Source: Acidobacteriota bacterium (GTDB lineage: Bacteria > Acidobacteriota > UBA890 > WLXD01). Taken from it: a stretch of 64,000 bases of DNA. Of the stretch, positions 19,849 to 29,453 are shown piece after piece. Both the position numbers and the translations under genes were made by a program. The stretch covers positions 64,001-128,000 of the forward strand of contig CBDFKD010000002.1 of assembly GCA_965248695.1 (NCBI GenBank). The letters run 5' to 3'. The notes beneath the pieces are model-generated. The model worked only from the letters and a program-made list of their open reading frames with translations. It ran no database searches and was not told the DNA's origin. Numbering within the stretch: the stretch's first letter is position 1; every line of letters begins with the position of its first letter.

Positions 19849-20028
19849 GAGCGAGCGTCCTCTGTCGGTTTCGGGGGTGCCTCTGAATTCATATGGGAGC
19901 GCACCTATACATGATCGACTACCGGGCACGGGCGGTCTAGTGATTGGACGCGGGGAAGGCGCTTCCCGACGCCGAGCACGGTCGGTTCCGGGGCAATCGA
20001 CGACCCGGACACCCCGACGTGACCAAGG

Positions 20029-22458
20029 TCAGACGGGCCTCTGGCGGCGCATGCCAGCGAACGACAGCCAGGCGAGCGCGTAGATCATCAGGCCGACGAT
20101 GAGGGCGGCGCGGAAGCCGTAATTCACCGACACGACGACGCTGGCCAAGCCACCGATCACGGTGAAAAGACCGTTCATGCCCCAGCCCCACGCCACCGCG
20201 GCGCGCGAAAGATCTTGCACGGCGAGCACACCGAGTGGGAACGGCATTCCCATGAAGAACGCCACCGGAAATACCAGCGCTGCCGCCGCGATCAAACGAA
20301 CGGCGAGCGGCGTCGCCAGCAGCGCCCCGGTCACCGGACCGTGGGCGATCAGGAAGACGATGCCCGCCAGCAGCACGCCGGCGTACGGCCACCACCAGCT
20401 CGACGAGTCGGGTGTGATCCGAAGTCGATCGGAAGCCAAGCTGCCGAGCCCCGCTCCGAGCAGGACGGTGAACAGCACCAGCGAGTAGGTGTACAGCGGA
20501 TAGCCGACGAAGTGCATCAACAGCTGGATCAGCACCAGCTCGACGAGGATGAACCCGGCGCCGAGGCTGGCGAAATACACCAGCGAGGCGCCCCACCCGG
20601 GCCACCGCTGCCGGGCAACCGGCGACAGCGCCAGCGGCAGGACGACGAAGACGCCGGCGAACACCAGTGACACGAAACCCGTAACCCAGAGGTGGACCAC
20701 GTCGAGCGGCACACCGCCGCCCTGATCACGCGCCACGTTGAGGAACCAGGCCACCGCCTCGGGTACGAAGCGCTCACGGTCAGCTCGGAGCTCCCCCCAG
20801 CCGCGCCGCAAGAACTTGAAGTATGGCCGGTTGTCGGTGGTTGGAGCGACTCGATAGGGCACCCGCTCGATGATCTCGTCCGGCAACTCGCCGGTGAAGA
20901 ACTCCGGTGACAGGAACCCGTTCCGTGGGCGGAGCGGGTTCTCCTCGAGCCTGAAGATCTGCATCTCGACGCCTTCGCGCAGGCCGAGGAAGCCGCGCGC
21001 CTGGGTCATGTCGTCGCGCGTGAACGGGCTCATCTTGATGAGCACGGTCGGCAACGTGTCGTCGTCCTGCATCGTGCGCGAGGTCACCAGAACGTGGCTG
21101 CGGAAATCGTCACGCCCCATCCACTTCCACGCCAGTGCGGCGGTCGCCACGATGCGCGGGAACGTGTGGTGGTTGATCTGCAGGACGCCGTCCTCGGACA
21201 GGTGCTCGAAGTAGTCGACGAATGCGTCGGCAGTGAGCAGATACGTCGGGTCCAGCGCGCCGGCGCCAGCGGCGACCGAAGACGACGAGTGGTTGCTGAA
21301 GATCTGGATGATGTCGTAGATGCGACCACTGGAGCGAATGAACCCACGCCCCTCGCCGCGCAGACTGTTGACGCGCGGATCGTTGAAGATGCCACCGTTG
21401 AAATCGGCGTAGTCGTTCTTGCCCAGATCGACCACGGCGCCGACCATCTCGATCGCGTCAATGTGCCCGGCGCCATACGCCAGCGCGCCCTTCACTTCCT
21501 GCCCGGCGGCGCTGCCGATCACGAGCACCTGTTGCTCCGTGTCGCGCTTCATGTAGTGCGCCAGCAGCACCGCGCGCGTCCAGAAGTGGCTCTTGAAAAA
21601 GCCCTCGGCATTGGTGCGGACACCGCGATCGAGACGGTGACGGAAGAGCTCCCAGTTGCCATCGAACGGGTACAGGAAGCTGCTCTGGCTGCCGCCGTCG
21701 TAGATGATGTTCTTGACGCCGCGGAAGTGGATCACCTCGACCTTCGACACCGGATCCCAGCGGACGTACTCGGCATGGCCCATGGCGCGGGCGTCGGCCA
21801 GACCCCGATCGACCTTGTGCTCCACGAACGACAGGTATCCGGGCGACAGCAACGGCACCGCCAACATCACCACCGCGTAGGCAGCGGCGAACGACAGCGA
21901 ACGACGCGTGCCGGCGAACACGGCGGCTGCGATCGCCAGAAGTCCGGAGACTGCCAGCAACAGCCCGCCCGGCCCCAGCGCCGGAATCAGCGGAATGATC
22001 ACCACGCAGCCCACTGCCGCGCCCGCCAGATCCCAGAAATACAGCCGCTGAATGATCTCGGCCCAGGCGGAGAAGGCGCGTGCCAGCACCAGTCCGCAGA
22101 GCACGAACGGGATGGTGATGACGGCGTACATCAGCAGAAACCAGATGCCCTGCCCGAGCGGATCCGAGGCGATCGCCTCGAAGCGGAACGGGATGGCGTT
22201 GAGCGCCGGCCGGATCAGCAGTAAGGAGGCCGCCATGAGCGCCGTCAACCGAGCCAGCTGAACCGACGGGTCAACGCCCGCGGGCAGCGGCCGCAGCGTC
22301 GTGTAGATCCCCGCCAGGCCGAACGCGAACACCGCGCCGGTGATGATCATGTACGCCAGATTCGGGTACAGGATCACATCGAAGATGCGCGTCAGCAGCA
22401 ACTCGACAGCGAGCGTCGAGCCAGCGACCAGACAGATGGCGAGCGGAATTCTGCGCAC
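20029..22458 (-). CDS. Membrane protein with central spermidine-synthase-like SAM-binding domain
   Basis: N- and C-terminal TM bundles; VLVIGSAAGQE, EGRGFI, YDIIQ, TTDNRPYF and AWGWGMNG. Confidence 0.8.
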   Translation of the reverse strand: MRRIPLAICLVAGSTLAVELLLTRIFDVILYPNLAYMIITGAVFAFGLAGIYTTLRPLPAGVDPSVQLARLTALMAASLLLIRPALNAIPFRFEAIASDPLGQGIWFLLMYAVITIPFVLCGLVLARAFSAWAEIIQRLYFWDLAGAAVGCVVIIPLIPALGPGGLLLAVSGLLAIAAAVFAGTRRSLSFAAAYAVVMLAVPLLSPGYLSFVEHKVDRGLADARAMGHAEYVRWDPVSKVEVIHFRGVKNIIYDGGSQSSFLYPFDGNWELFRHRLDRGVRTNAEGFFKSHFWTRAVLLAHYMKRDTEQQVLVIGSAAGQEVKGALAYGAGHIDAIEMVGAVVDLGKNDYADFNGGIFNDPRVNSLRGEGRGFIRSSGRIYDIIQIFSNHSSSSVAAGAGALDPTYLLTADAFVDYFEHLSEDGVLQINHHTFPRIVATAALAWKWMGRDDFRSHVLVTSRTMQDDDTLPTVLIKMSPFTRDDMTQARGFLGLREGVEMQIFRLEENPLRPRNGFLSPEFFTGELPDEIIERVPYRVAPTTDNRPYFKFLRRGWGELRADRERFVPEAVAWFLNVARDQGGGVPLDVVHLWVTGFVSLVFAGVFVVLPLALSPVARQRWPGWGASLVYFASLGAGFILVELVLIQLLMHFVGYPLYTYSLVLFTVLLGAGLGSLASDRLRITPDSSSWWWPYAGVLLAGIVFLIAHGPVTGALLATPLAVRLIAAAALVFPVAFFMGMPFPLGVLAVQDLSRAAVAWGWGMNGLFTVIGGLASVVVSVNYGFRAALIVGLMIYALAWLSFAGMRRQRPV

Positions 22459-22545
22459 GTGTCCCGACGGCCAGAGGCGTTACGAGGGAGGGTGTCCGGG
22501 ATTATCGCATCGGCACTTTCGAGGCGCTAGCGAGCCCGCTGAGAC

Positions 22546-24723
22546 TCAGCCGTGCACTGGCTCCGGGCGCTCGATCGAGTCCAGGATCACCTGGAACCGC
22601 GGGTCGTCGCGGATCGGAGCCAGATCACCGTCGTGCTCGATCCAGTCGCGATGCGCGAAGCCGAAGCGCACCGCGTCCTCTAGCCGGGCAAGTGCCGCGT
22701 CGGGCTGGCCCGCCTGCGCCAGCAGACAGGCAACCGCGTAGTGCGTCGCGGCGTCGCCGGTGCCCAGCTCCAACGCTCGATCGGCCCAGTCCAGGGATGC
22801 CTGACGCTCGCCGAGCTGGAACAAGCAGCGCGCGCCGATGGAATAGGCGCGACCATCGCCGGGCTGCAGCGCCAGGTGTCGCTCGACGCGGCGTACGGCG
22901 CGACGCGCACTGGCTACCTCGCGGGTCGGATCCTGGAGATCCCTGTACACCTGACTCAGGAGCGCCGGAGCCTGAAAGTCTTCTGATCGCACCGCGCCGG
23001 CAACCTCGAACTCACGTGCGGCAAGCTCCAGCTGCCCGCACGCGAACGCGCTGCGGGCACGCGAGTAACGCGCCTCGAACGAGTCGGGGTCGAGCTTGAT
23101 TGCGGTCGTGAAGGCCCGGTCGGCCTCGGCGTGACGCTGCGAAAGCGACAATGCGAGGCCGAGTGCTGCGTACCCCTCCGCAAGCGCTGGCCCGACCTCT
23201 ACGGCGCGTTCCGCCGCCGCGATCGCCTGCTCGAGCGCCTCGCGGCCGCCTCCGGCGTGCATGTACAGGTACGAGCACGCATCGGCCAGGCCGCTGTGGG
23301 CCGGGGCGTAGCCGGGATCGTGGGTCACGGCGGCGGCGAACATGTCGCGCGCCTGGGCGATCTCTCGCGCGGTGCTGCGGTACAGCAGGCTGCGACCTCG
23401 GAGATAGTAGTCGTAGGCCTCGAAGTCCGGCGGTCGGGTCGGTTGTGGTCGCACACCCAGAACACCCTGCAACGCTTCGACCACGCTGGCCGATATCTCG
23501 TCCTCCAGGGTGAACACGTCCTCAACGTCGCCCTCGAACCGCTGCGACCAGAGATCGGCCTCGTCGGCCACATCGATCAGGCGGGCGGAGATCCGCAGCC
23601 GGTCCTTGGCTCGACGCACCGAGCCTTCGAGCACCGTCTCGACCCCGAGACGACGGCCGATATCACGCACATCCCTATTGGCGTCGCGATAGCGGAACGT
23701 CGAAGTACGCGAGGCAACGCGCAACTCGGGCACCTCCGAAAGGTCGTTGAGGATTCCCTCGGCGATGCCCTCGGAGAAATGGCGCTGGTCGCCCTCCGGA
23801 CTCAGATCGACGAACGGCAGCACCGCCACCGACCGACCGCCCCGATCGCTGCGGCGCAACCGTGCCAGCACAGAGGCGACCTCATCGGCCGACTGCGGTC
23901 GAGCCTCCGGGTCTTTGGCGAGACAGCTGCCGACGAGATCCGACAGCACCCGTGGAACGAGTGGCCGGCGCGCCGCCAGGTCGCGGGGCGTCTGGGTGGT
24001 GATCGAGGCCGCGAGCTCCCGCAGTGTCCCGCCGTGAAAGGGCCTCGCACCCGTCAGCATCTCGTAGAACAGCACTCCGAGTGAGAAGACGTCTGAGCGT
24101 TGATCGACGGCCTCGCCGCGCACTTGCTCGGGCGCCATGTAGGCGGGCGTGCCGGCCACTGCCCCATCGTTCGTGGTGAGCTCCTCGAGCGGAGTCTCGT
24201 CCAGGTGTGCCTCGACGCTGCGGTCATCCCACACATGTTGCTGCCCGCCGTGATGTACCGCCAGACCGAGATCGAGCAGCTTGACGCGCCCGGCGCGGCT
24301 CACCATCACGTGCGCCGCCTTGAGATCGCGATGGATGACGCCGGCCCCATGGGCAGCCGCCAGCCCATCGGCCAGCGGGATGGCGATCTGCAGGAACTCC
24401 TGCACCGACATGCCGCGATCGGGAATGACGCGATCGAGGCTCTCGCCCTCCACCAACTCCATGGCCAGGAAGTGGACGCCGTCCACCTCCTCGACCGCAT
24501 AGATGGTTACGATGTTGGGGTGGTTGATCGCCGCCAGTGCGCGCGCCTCACGCTCGATGGCGTCGACGTCAGCGGCCGACCCGGAGATCTGCGAGGCGAG
24601 GAACTTGAGCGCCACCGAGCGTTGCAGTCGAGTGTCCAAAGCTCGGTACACGTCGCCCATCCGCCCCTGACCCAGCTTGCGCTCGATCCGATAGGCGCCT
24701 ATAAGCTCTCCGATGTCCGGCAT
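22546..24723 (-). CDS. Ser/Thr protein kinase with TolB-N-like and TPR domains
   Basis: LGQGRMG, VALK, HRDLK, GTPAYMAPEQ, SVAVLPF, TPR-like helices. Confidence 0.9.
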   Translation of the reverse strand: MPDIGELIGAYRIERKLGQGRMGDVYRALDTRLQRSVALKFLASQISGSAADVDAIEREARALAAINHPNIVTIYAVEEVDGVHFLAMELVEGESLDRVIPDRGMSVQEFLQIAIPLADGLAAAHGAGVIHRDLKAAHVMVSRAGRVKLLDLGLAVHHGGQQHVWDDRSVEAHLDETPLEELTTNDGAVAGTPAYMAPEQVRGEAVDQRSDVFSLGVLFYEMLTGARPFHGGTLRELAASITTQTPRDLAARRPLVPRVLSDLVGSCLAKDPEARPQSADEVASVLARLRRSDRGGRSVAVLPFVDLSPEGDQRHFSEGIAEGILNDLSEVPELRVASRTSTFRYRDANRDVRDIGRRLGVETVLEGSVRRAKDRLRISARLIDVADEADLWSQRFEGDVEDVFTLEDEISASVVEALQGVLGVRPQPTRPPDFEAYDYYLRGRSLLYRSTAREIAQARDMFAAAVTHDPGYAPAHSGLADACSYLYMHAGGGREALEQAIAAAERAVEVGPALAEGYAALGLALSLSQRHAEADRAFTTAIKLDPDSFEARYSRARSAFACGQLELAAREFEVAGAVRSEDFQAPALLSQVYRDLQDPTREVASARRAVRRVERHLALQPGDGRAYSIGARCLFQLGERQASLDWADRALELGTGDAATHYAVACLLAQAGQPDAALARLEDAVRFGFAHRDWIEHDGDLAPIRDDPRFQVILDSIERPEPVHG

Positions 24724-24774
24724 GTGCTCCCCCAAGCACGATCGCCGACCCTCTGACCCGGTCCTTCTTCGCCC

Positions 24775-25173
24775 CTACCGCTCGGCGGCGTCGCAGTAGT
24801 CGACGATATCGTCCAGCGTAAAGACAAGGTCGTCGATCACGTCGACGAGGTAGGCTGCGAGGTCCTCGCCGCTCACGTCGTACAGATCTTCGATGACGTA
24901 GAGCAAATCCTCGCCCATCACCTGTTCGTCTTCATTGCCCTCGTCTACGAGGGATTCGCCGAGAATCTGGGTCGGGTCGAGCAGCGTGTTGACGTCGTTC
25001 TCCAGTCGCGACACGTCGAGGTCGCCGATATCCTCGCCGGAAGTCTCCTCGAGCGCATTGGCGACCGCGTTCCAGCCGTTGGAGACGGTGTTGATGTCGT
25101 CGCAGATCTGGGCCTCCGCAGCGGTCGGAAGCAAGGTGCAGACAGCTGTAATAATTGCGAGTCTGCGAAGCAT
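24775..25173 (-). CDS. Small secreted acidic hypothetical protein
   Basis: AGGAG RBS, signal peptide ending AEA-Q, Asp/Glu-rich mature chain, two Cys. Confidence 0.75.
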   Translation of the reverse strand: MLRRLAIITAVCTLLPTAAEAQICDDINTVSNGWNAVANALEETSGEDIGDLDVSRLENDVNTLLDPTQILGESLVDEGNEDEQVMGEDLLYVIEDLYDVSGEDLAAYLVDVIDDLVFTLDDIVDYCDAAER

Positions 25174-25293
25174 CGTGCGACTCCTTTCTTTGATCGATCT
25201 GACGCGCTTGGCTGCAGAATCTCGAGCCCGTATTTTACACCGGTAGCGAACTGCCGCCGGCAGCGCCCGGCTCATGTTTGACGTTGGTACATC

Positions 25294-25746
25294 GTGAACG
25301 ACCGCTTCGAATACCGCCGGGTCAGGACCCCTGAAGAGCTCACCCAAGCGTTACAGATACGCCAGGAGGTGTTCACCCAGGAGCAACGAATTCCGGCCAG
25401 CCGCGACAACGATGGCCTCGATCCTGACGGGCTCCACCTGCTGGTGTGCGCCGGCGACAGCTCGGTCGCTACCGGCCGCATCTCGCTCGACGGCGACCAG
25501 GCAACGCTGGCTCGAATCGCCGTACGATCGACCCACCGAGGCCGCGGCGTAGGGAAGCAGATCGTTCGGATTCTGGAGGCCTGGGCCACGGAAGCTGGCG
25601 CACGAACGTTCGTCCTCTACCCCCACGCCCATCTGGAGCGATTCTATGCCCAGCTCGGCTACAACAAAACGGCGGATGCCGGGATGGTGGGCGAGCACCC
25701 AGTTATAGAGATGCGCCGGGAGCCTGGCGAAACGAAAACCGGCTAG
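25294..25746 (+). CDS. GNAT N-acetyltransferase (ElaA/YjcF-like)
   Basis: IRQEVFTQEQ, HRGRGVG, FYAQLGY and HPVIEM motifs. Confidence 0.9.
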   Translation: MNDRFEYRRVRTPEELTQALQIRQEVFTQEQRIPASRDNDGLDPDGLHLLVCAGDSSVATGRISLDGDQATLARIAVRSTHRGRGVGKQIVRILEAWATEAGARTFVLYPHAHLERFYAQLGYNKTADAGMVGEHPVIEMRREPGETKTG

Positions 25747-25821
25747 ACACAGACGGATCCCGGAATGGCGCCCCGAACAGGCTGCGGCTATTCTTGGGCC
25801 TTGCGGCACAATGAGCAGCGA

Positions 25822-25905
25822 GCCGAGGTGGCGGAATTGGCAGACGCGCCGGACTCAAAATCCGGTGGGCTTACGCTCGTGAGGGTTCGAGTCCCTCCCT
25901 CGGTA
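25822..25905 (+). tRNA. tRNA-Leu(CAA)
   Basis: GCCGAGG TGGCGGAATTGGCAGACGCG CCGGA-CTCAAAA-TCCGG, long variable arm, GAGGG-TTCGAGT-CCCTC CCTCGGT A; CCA not encoded. Confidence 0.97.
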
Positions 25906-26113
25906 CTTCAATGATAACAACGGGTTAGCGGCCATCGGACCGGCACACCGATTGTGTCGACGCTCACTCGTTGCACCGTTTCTTGGACCACTTCAGACGC
26001 TTCCCGAACGGTCAGAGGTGTGAATGGACAGCCAGCGACGCATGGTCGGCGTCCGCCTTACCGTTGGGTGGTTGCTCTTGGGGGCTTTGGCTAAGGCGGC
26101 CGCGCTGCGGCGT

Positions 26114-27181
26114 TCAGTCGATGACCGCCTCCACCAAGAGCTTGAGCCGCGCGTTCAGGCGCTCGAAGTCGGGGTCGTTGTTGATGTCCACGCGGTGCGC
26201 CACCACGACGAGCCCGAGGCTGCGCATGACGATCACCACGCGGGCATCCCAGTTGCCGTCGGCCATGAACGTGTCCGCGGGCGCGTCGGGCCAGGGACGT
26301 AGTCCCGTCGTGCCAACGAGACCGTTGAACCACCAGGCGTAGCCGAAGATCCCAGGCCCGACATGAGTGGCGTTGCAGCCGGCGCCGAAGCTCTTCAGCC
26401 GCAGGTAGTTGTTGCAGCTCTTGTCGTCGCCCTGTGAGATGCGCTGCGTCCCCGGCACGGCGAGCTGCACGATCGAATCGAACAGCTCCCGCGGCACGAT
26501 CTGCCGATCGCCCCAGCGGCCTCGGCTGGCCCACAGCCAGCCGACGCGCGCGAAGTCGCGTATGGAGATCAACATCGCGCAGCGCTCGCGGGCGCCCGGC
26601 AGCCGGTCCTCGAACTGCAGCTTGCGAGTGCGCCGGCGAAACGACTGGGCGACCGTGCGGCCGTCGAACACCTTGCGCAGGCTGCGGCAGAGCAGGCGAG
26701 TCCCGTAGTCGTTGTAGCCCCAGGCACGACCCGGCCGCTCCGGCAGCGCGTAGCCGCTCGTGTTGTTGACGAGTTGCCCGAATGTGATCTCGCTGTCCCG
26801 ACGAGTCAGCGTGTTCCAGTACGGTCCGATCGGATCGCCAGGACCGCTCAGGAGGTTTTCGTCGATGGCGAACATGAGCAACATGCCGAGCAGCGGCTTG
26901 ATCGCGGAGGCCCAATCGAGTGGCTCGTCGACCTGCCCCCACGAGTAGGCGACGTAACCGTCGCGCACCACCATTCCGGCGCCTGCGGACATCGCCGCGA
27001 ACTGTGCCAGCTTGGCGACGTTGAGTCCGAGCGCCTGCGGGGTGCGAGATTCCCAGGAGTCGCCGGCGAAGACGACCGCTCGCGGTTGCGACCCGGCAGG
27101 CACCTGGCCGTGGGCCGACGTTGCCAGCGACAGCGACACCAACAGCAGCAGCGTAAGCAGCACGATGCACAGCCCTTTCAT
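26114..27181 (-). CDS. Serine hydrolase, beta-lactamase class C-like fold, secreted
   Basis: SxxK (WASAIKP), WGYND, ISIRDFARVG and FGYAWW; signal peptide. Confidence 0.8.
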   Translation of the reverse strand: MKGLCIVLLTLLLLVSLSLATSAHGQVPAGSQPRAVVFAGDSWESRTPQALGLNVAKLAQFAAMSAGAGMVVRDGYVAYSWGQVDEPLDWASAIKPLLGMLLMFAIDENLLSGPGDPIGPYWNTLTRRDSEITFGQLVNNTSGYALPERPGRAWGYNDYGTRLLCRSLRKVFDGRTVAQSFRRRTRKLQFEDRLPGARERCAMLISIRDFARVGWLWASRGRWGDRQIVPRELFDSIVQLAVPGTQRISQGDDKSCNNYLRLKSFGAGCNATHVGPGIFGYAWWFNGLVGTTGLRPWPDAPADTFMADGNWDARVVIVMRSLGLVVVAHRVDINNDPDFERLNARLKLLVEAVID

Positions 27182-27338
27182 GCCAGTCGGTCGACTCGTA
27201 TCCATGCGGATCCGGTTCGCACGGGAATCGGCGAGCGCGCCGCATGGTGCCCCCCGGAACCACGACGGCTTCGAGTGGAATTTTACACCCGTGGCCGCGT
27301 TTATCGTGGTTCGGCTCTACCGTACGAGATCAAAGTAC

Positions 27339-27367
27339 TTGACATAATAAAGTTCATTCCTCATACT
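27339..27367 (+). promoter_or_regulatory. sigma70-type promoter inside cassette 1
   Basis: TTGACA-N17-CATACT. Confidence 0.6.
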
Positions 27368-27478
27368 CCGCCCGAGTGGAAGCGTCGGCTTGCGGCAATC
27401 TGGAGGGGTGACAGGCGTCATCAACCCGGGCCGACGAGTCGGACCGGCGTTCTCGCCCAGCCAGGGGGTCCTCAGGCC

Positions 27479-27811
27479 ATGCAGCAAGCGCTCAGCTCTC
27501 TCGAAGACCGGATGGCTCCCGCCGAGGAGATCTTCTTCAGCTGGCTGCTGCGGGTCGCCCTCGCGGCAACGCTGTTCGGGTCCGCGTGGATCGACGACGC
27601 GCCCCCACTGGAGCTCGGGGCCTGGATCGTCACGATCTGGGTCGCGGTCCGGGTGGCCACGCAGTTCGTCAACCTTTCGGCCGCAGCGCCGTTCGAGAAC
27701 GGCGCCATGAATGCGATCTTCGCGCTCGTCGCGATCCTGACGCTCGCTCTGGCGTTCATGACGGTCACTACCCTCGTCGAGACCGTGTCGCGCTCGCTCG
27801 TCGCAAGGTGA
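27479..27811 (+). CDS. Small membrane protein (about 3 TM), unknown function
   Basis: Hydrophobic 110-aa frame with host-like codon usage downstream of the promoter. Confidence 0.6.
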   Translation: MQQALSSLEDRMAPAEEIFFSWLLRVALAATLFGSAWIDDAPPLELGAWIVTIWVAVRVATQFVNLSAAAPFENGAMNAIFALVAILTLALAFMTVTTLVETVSRSLVAR

Positions 27812-28051
27812 CGGCGGCGGGCTCGCCCCGCCGCGGAATCGTATCGATCCCGGAACCGCCGCGTAGGCGCGCCGGGCCCCCAGTTTACGCGGCGCTGGGC
27901 GCCTGCTCGTGGACGCGGTCCAGCCAGGCTACCAGCGTCGGCAGGGCGTTGCTCTCGAGGACCCGAATCACGATCAAGGCCATTGAACTTACACAGTCAC
28001 AGATTATTATTCTGTAAGTAACTGATAATAAGTTACTTGTGACTAGACTAC

Positions 28052-28113
28052 CCGGACTCAAAATCCGGTGGGCTTACGCTCGTGAGGGTTCGAGTCCCTC
28101 CCTCGGTACTTCA
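28052..28113 (+). repeat. tRNA-Leu 3' duplication (att core) copy 2
   Basis: Identical to 25849-25910; lacks the D arm and the 5' acceptor strand. Confidence 0.95.
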
Positions 28114-28459
28114 GTAGGAACAGGCACTTACGGTCGCTGATCCTAGGCAATGGCTTGGGGCTGGAGGACCGTTGGCACCGTTTTCGGCACCACTCCTGCG
28201 CAGGATGCTCGGGCCAATAGTCGGCGGCCTCCGGTCCGGGCGACGTCGCGCCGGTTCGCGGGCTACGCTGCGCTGGGGCACGAGAACGGCGGCCTTCCCC
28301 GTATATCGGTGGTGCAGCAGGACACACGCCGCAACGATCTGCACCGCCGAAGGCCCCGCGTGCGCTAGCGAATCGGCCGATTCGCCGTGTTTTCAGCCGG
28401 TTACCGAAGAGGAACCCTGCACGCACTGACTCCTTGCCACGTCAACTCCTAATCTTGTT

Positions 28460-28804
28460 TCAAACATCCGAGGGTCGAAAGATCTTGCTTGCTAGAATCG
28501 CTTCTGGATTGATCCCGACGAGGGACCACTCGAGGATGTCCGCGCCAAAGGGTCCTTCCTTGACGTACGGATCGCTCGCGGCAATCGATCGCGCCTCAGT
28601 CTCGGACTGACAATAGAGAAGGTAGCCTCCTGGTATTCCTTCAACCCCGGAGAAACCGCCCCCCAATAGGATGCTATTGCTCCGGATCAGGTCGTCAATG
28701 AAAACAACGTGCGCCTGATTGACTTCATCGGTCGGAACAGCGTCGCCTCGCAGTAAGACGAGCCAGTAACCCTTTTCACTTTCGCGTTGTTCGGGGAGCG
28801 ACAT
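28460..28804 (-). CDS. YciI family protein
   Basis: AHVVFID, LLGGGF, GGYLL and ASDPYVKEG match the YciI pattern. Confidence 0.75.
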   Translation of the reverse strand: MSLPEQRESEKGYWLVLLRGDAVPTDEVNQAHVVFIDDLIRSNSILLGGGFSGVEGIPGGYLLYCQSETEARSIAASDPYVKEGPFGADILEWSLVGINPEAILASKIFRPSDV

Positions 28805-28934
28805 TATTCAGGCTCTTCTCCTCTCTTCCGTCTTGCCGAGCGATGGACGTGACCCTTTCACACTTTCTTACACACTTTCTCCGTCACTACACGTTAAGTT
28901 ATTTTTTATCAGTCACTTACGTCTAGACGAAATA

Positions 28935-28991
28935 GACTCAAAATCCGGTGGGCTTACGCTCGTGAGGGTTCGAGTCCCTCCCTCGGTACTT
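28935..28991 (+). repeat. tRNA-Leu 3' duplication (att core) copy 3
   Basis: 57 bp identical to 25852-25908. Confidence 0.95.
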
Positions 28992-29068
28992 GAAAACAAA
29001 GGACTTACGCGGCGGCGCGGGTTCGAGTTGTTGTCTCATATCGGCTGATTGTCCCTATTCTGTCCCTG

Positions 29069-29293
29069 TCACGGGCCTCGGGCCTTCCACTGGGTGTCCC
29101 ATGCGGGGTCGTAAAGGCCGTTGGCGCCGCCAGCGTAGCCGTGCGGCAAGCGGTTCACTGTGATGGCCCCGATGTCCCGTGCTGCATCGAAGCCGCCATC
29201 TGCCGAGGTGCGCACGAAGCCGCAGCTGCCGCTCAACAAGGCACTCGGCTTGGCAAGCAAGCTTGCCGAGGCTCCGCTTGCGTGAGCACTCAT
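29069..29293 (-). pseudogene. C-terminal fragment of spermidine dehydrogenase (SpdH)-like flavoprotein
   Basis: DGGFDAARDIGAITVNRLPHGYA resembles the family motif FDPARDIxAITVNRWPHGYA; upstream part degenerate. Confidence 0.65.
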
Positions 29294-29453
29294 CCCTCTA
29301 ATTGGAAGAGTCGGTTGGCTCCGTGGAGGATGGGATCATCGGCTTGTCGAGGTTGACGCGACAGTCAATCCATCCTTCGATCTTCTCGTCGCGCGAGTCC
29401 ATGCCGTAGAAGGGTACTGTCAACTTGATCCAAACTGGTTGAGGAGGAAGGTC

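Larger units (their letters stand above)
25849..28113. mobile_element. Mini genomic island/cassette 1 at tRNA-Leu (no integrase)
   Basis: Bounded by a 62-bp direct repeat, 25849-25910 = 28052-28113. Confidence 0.8.
28052..28991. mobile_element. Mini genomic island/cassette 2 (no integrase)
   Basis: Bounded by att copies 2 and 3; single cargo gene with lower GC. Confidence 0.8.

Noticed and set aside
27884-27983. Short minus-strand ORF (MALIVIRVLESNALP...) at the cassette 1 end as an integrase remnant
   Set aside because: No tyrosine-recombinase catalytic motif; too short to call.
28052-28991. Two extra tRNA-Leu genes, or a CRISPR/integron array
   Set aside because: Copies lack the D arm and the 5' acceptor strand; spacing is kb-scale; no cas, intI or attC structure seen.
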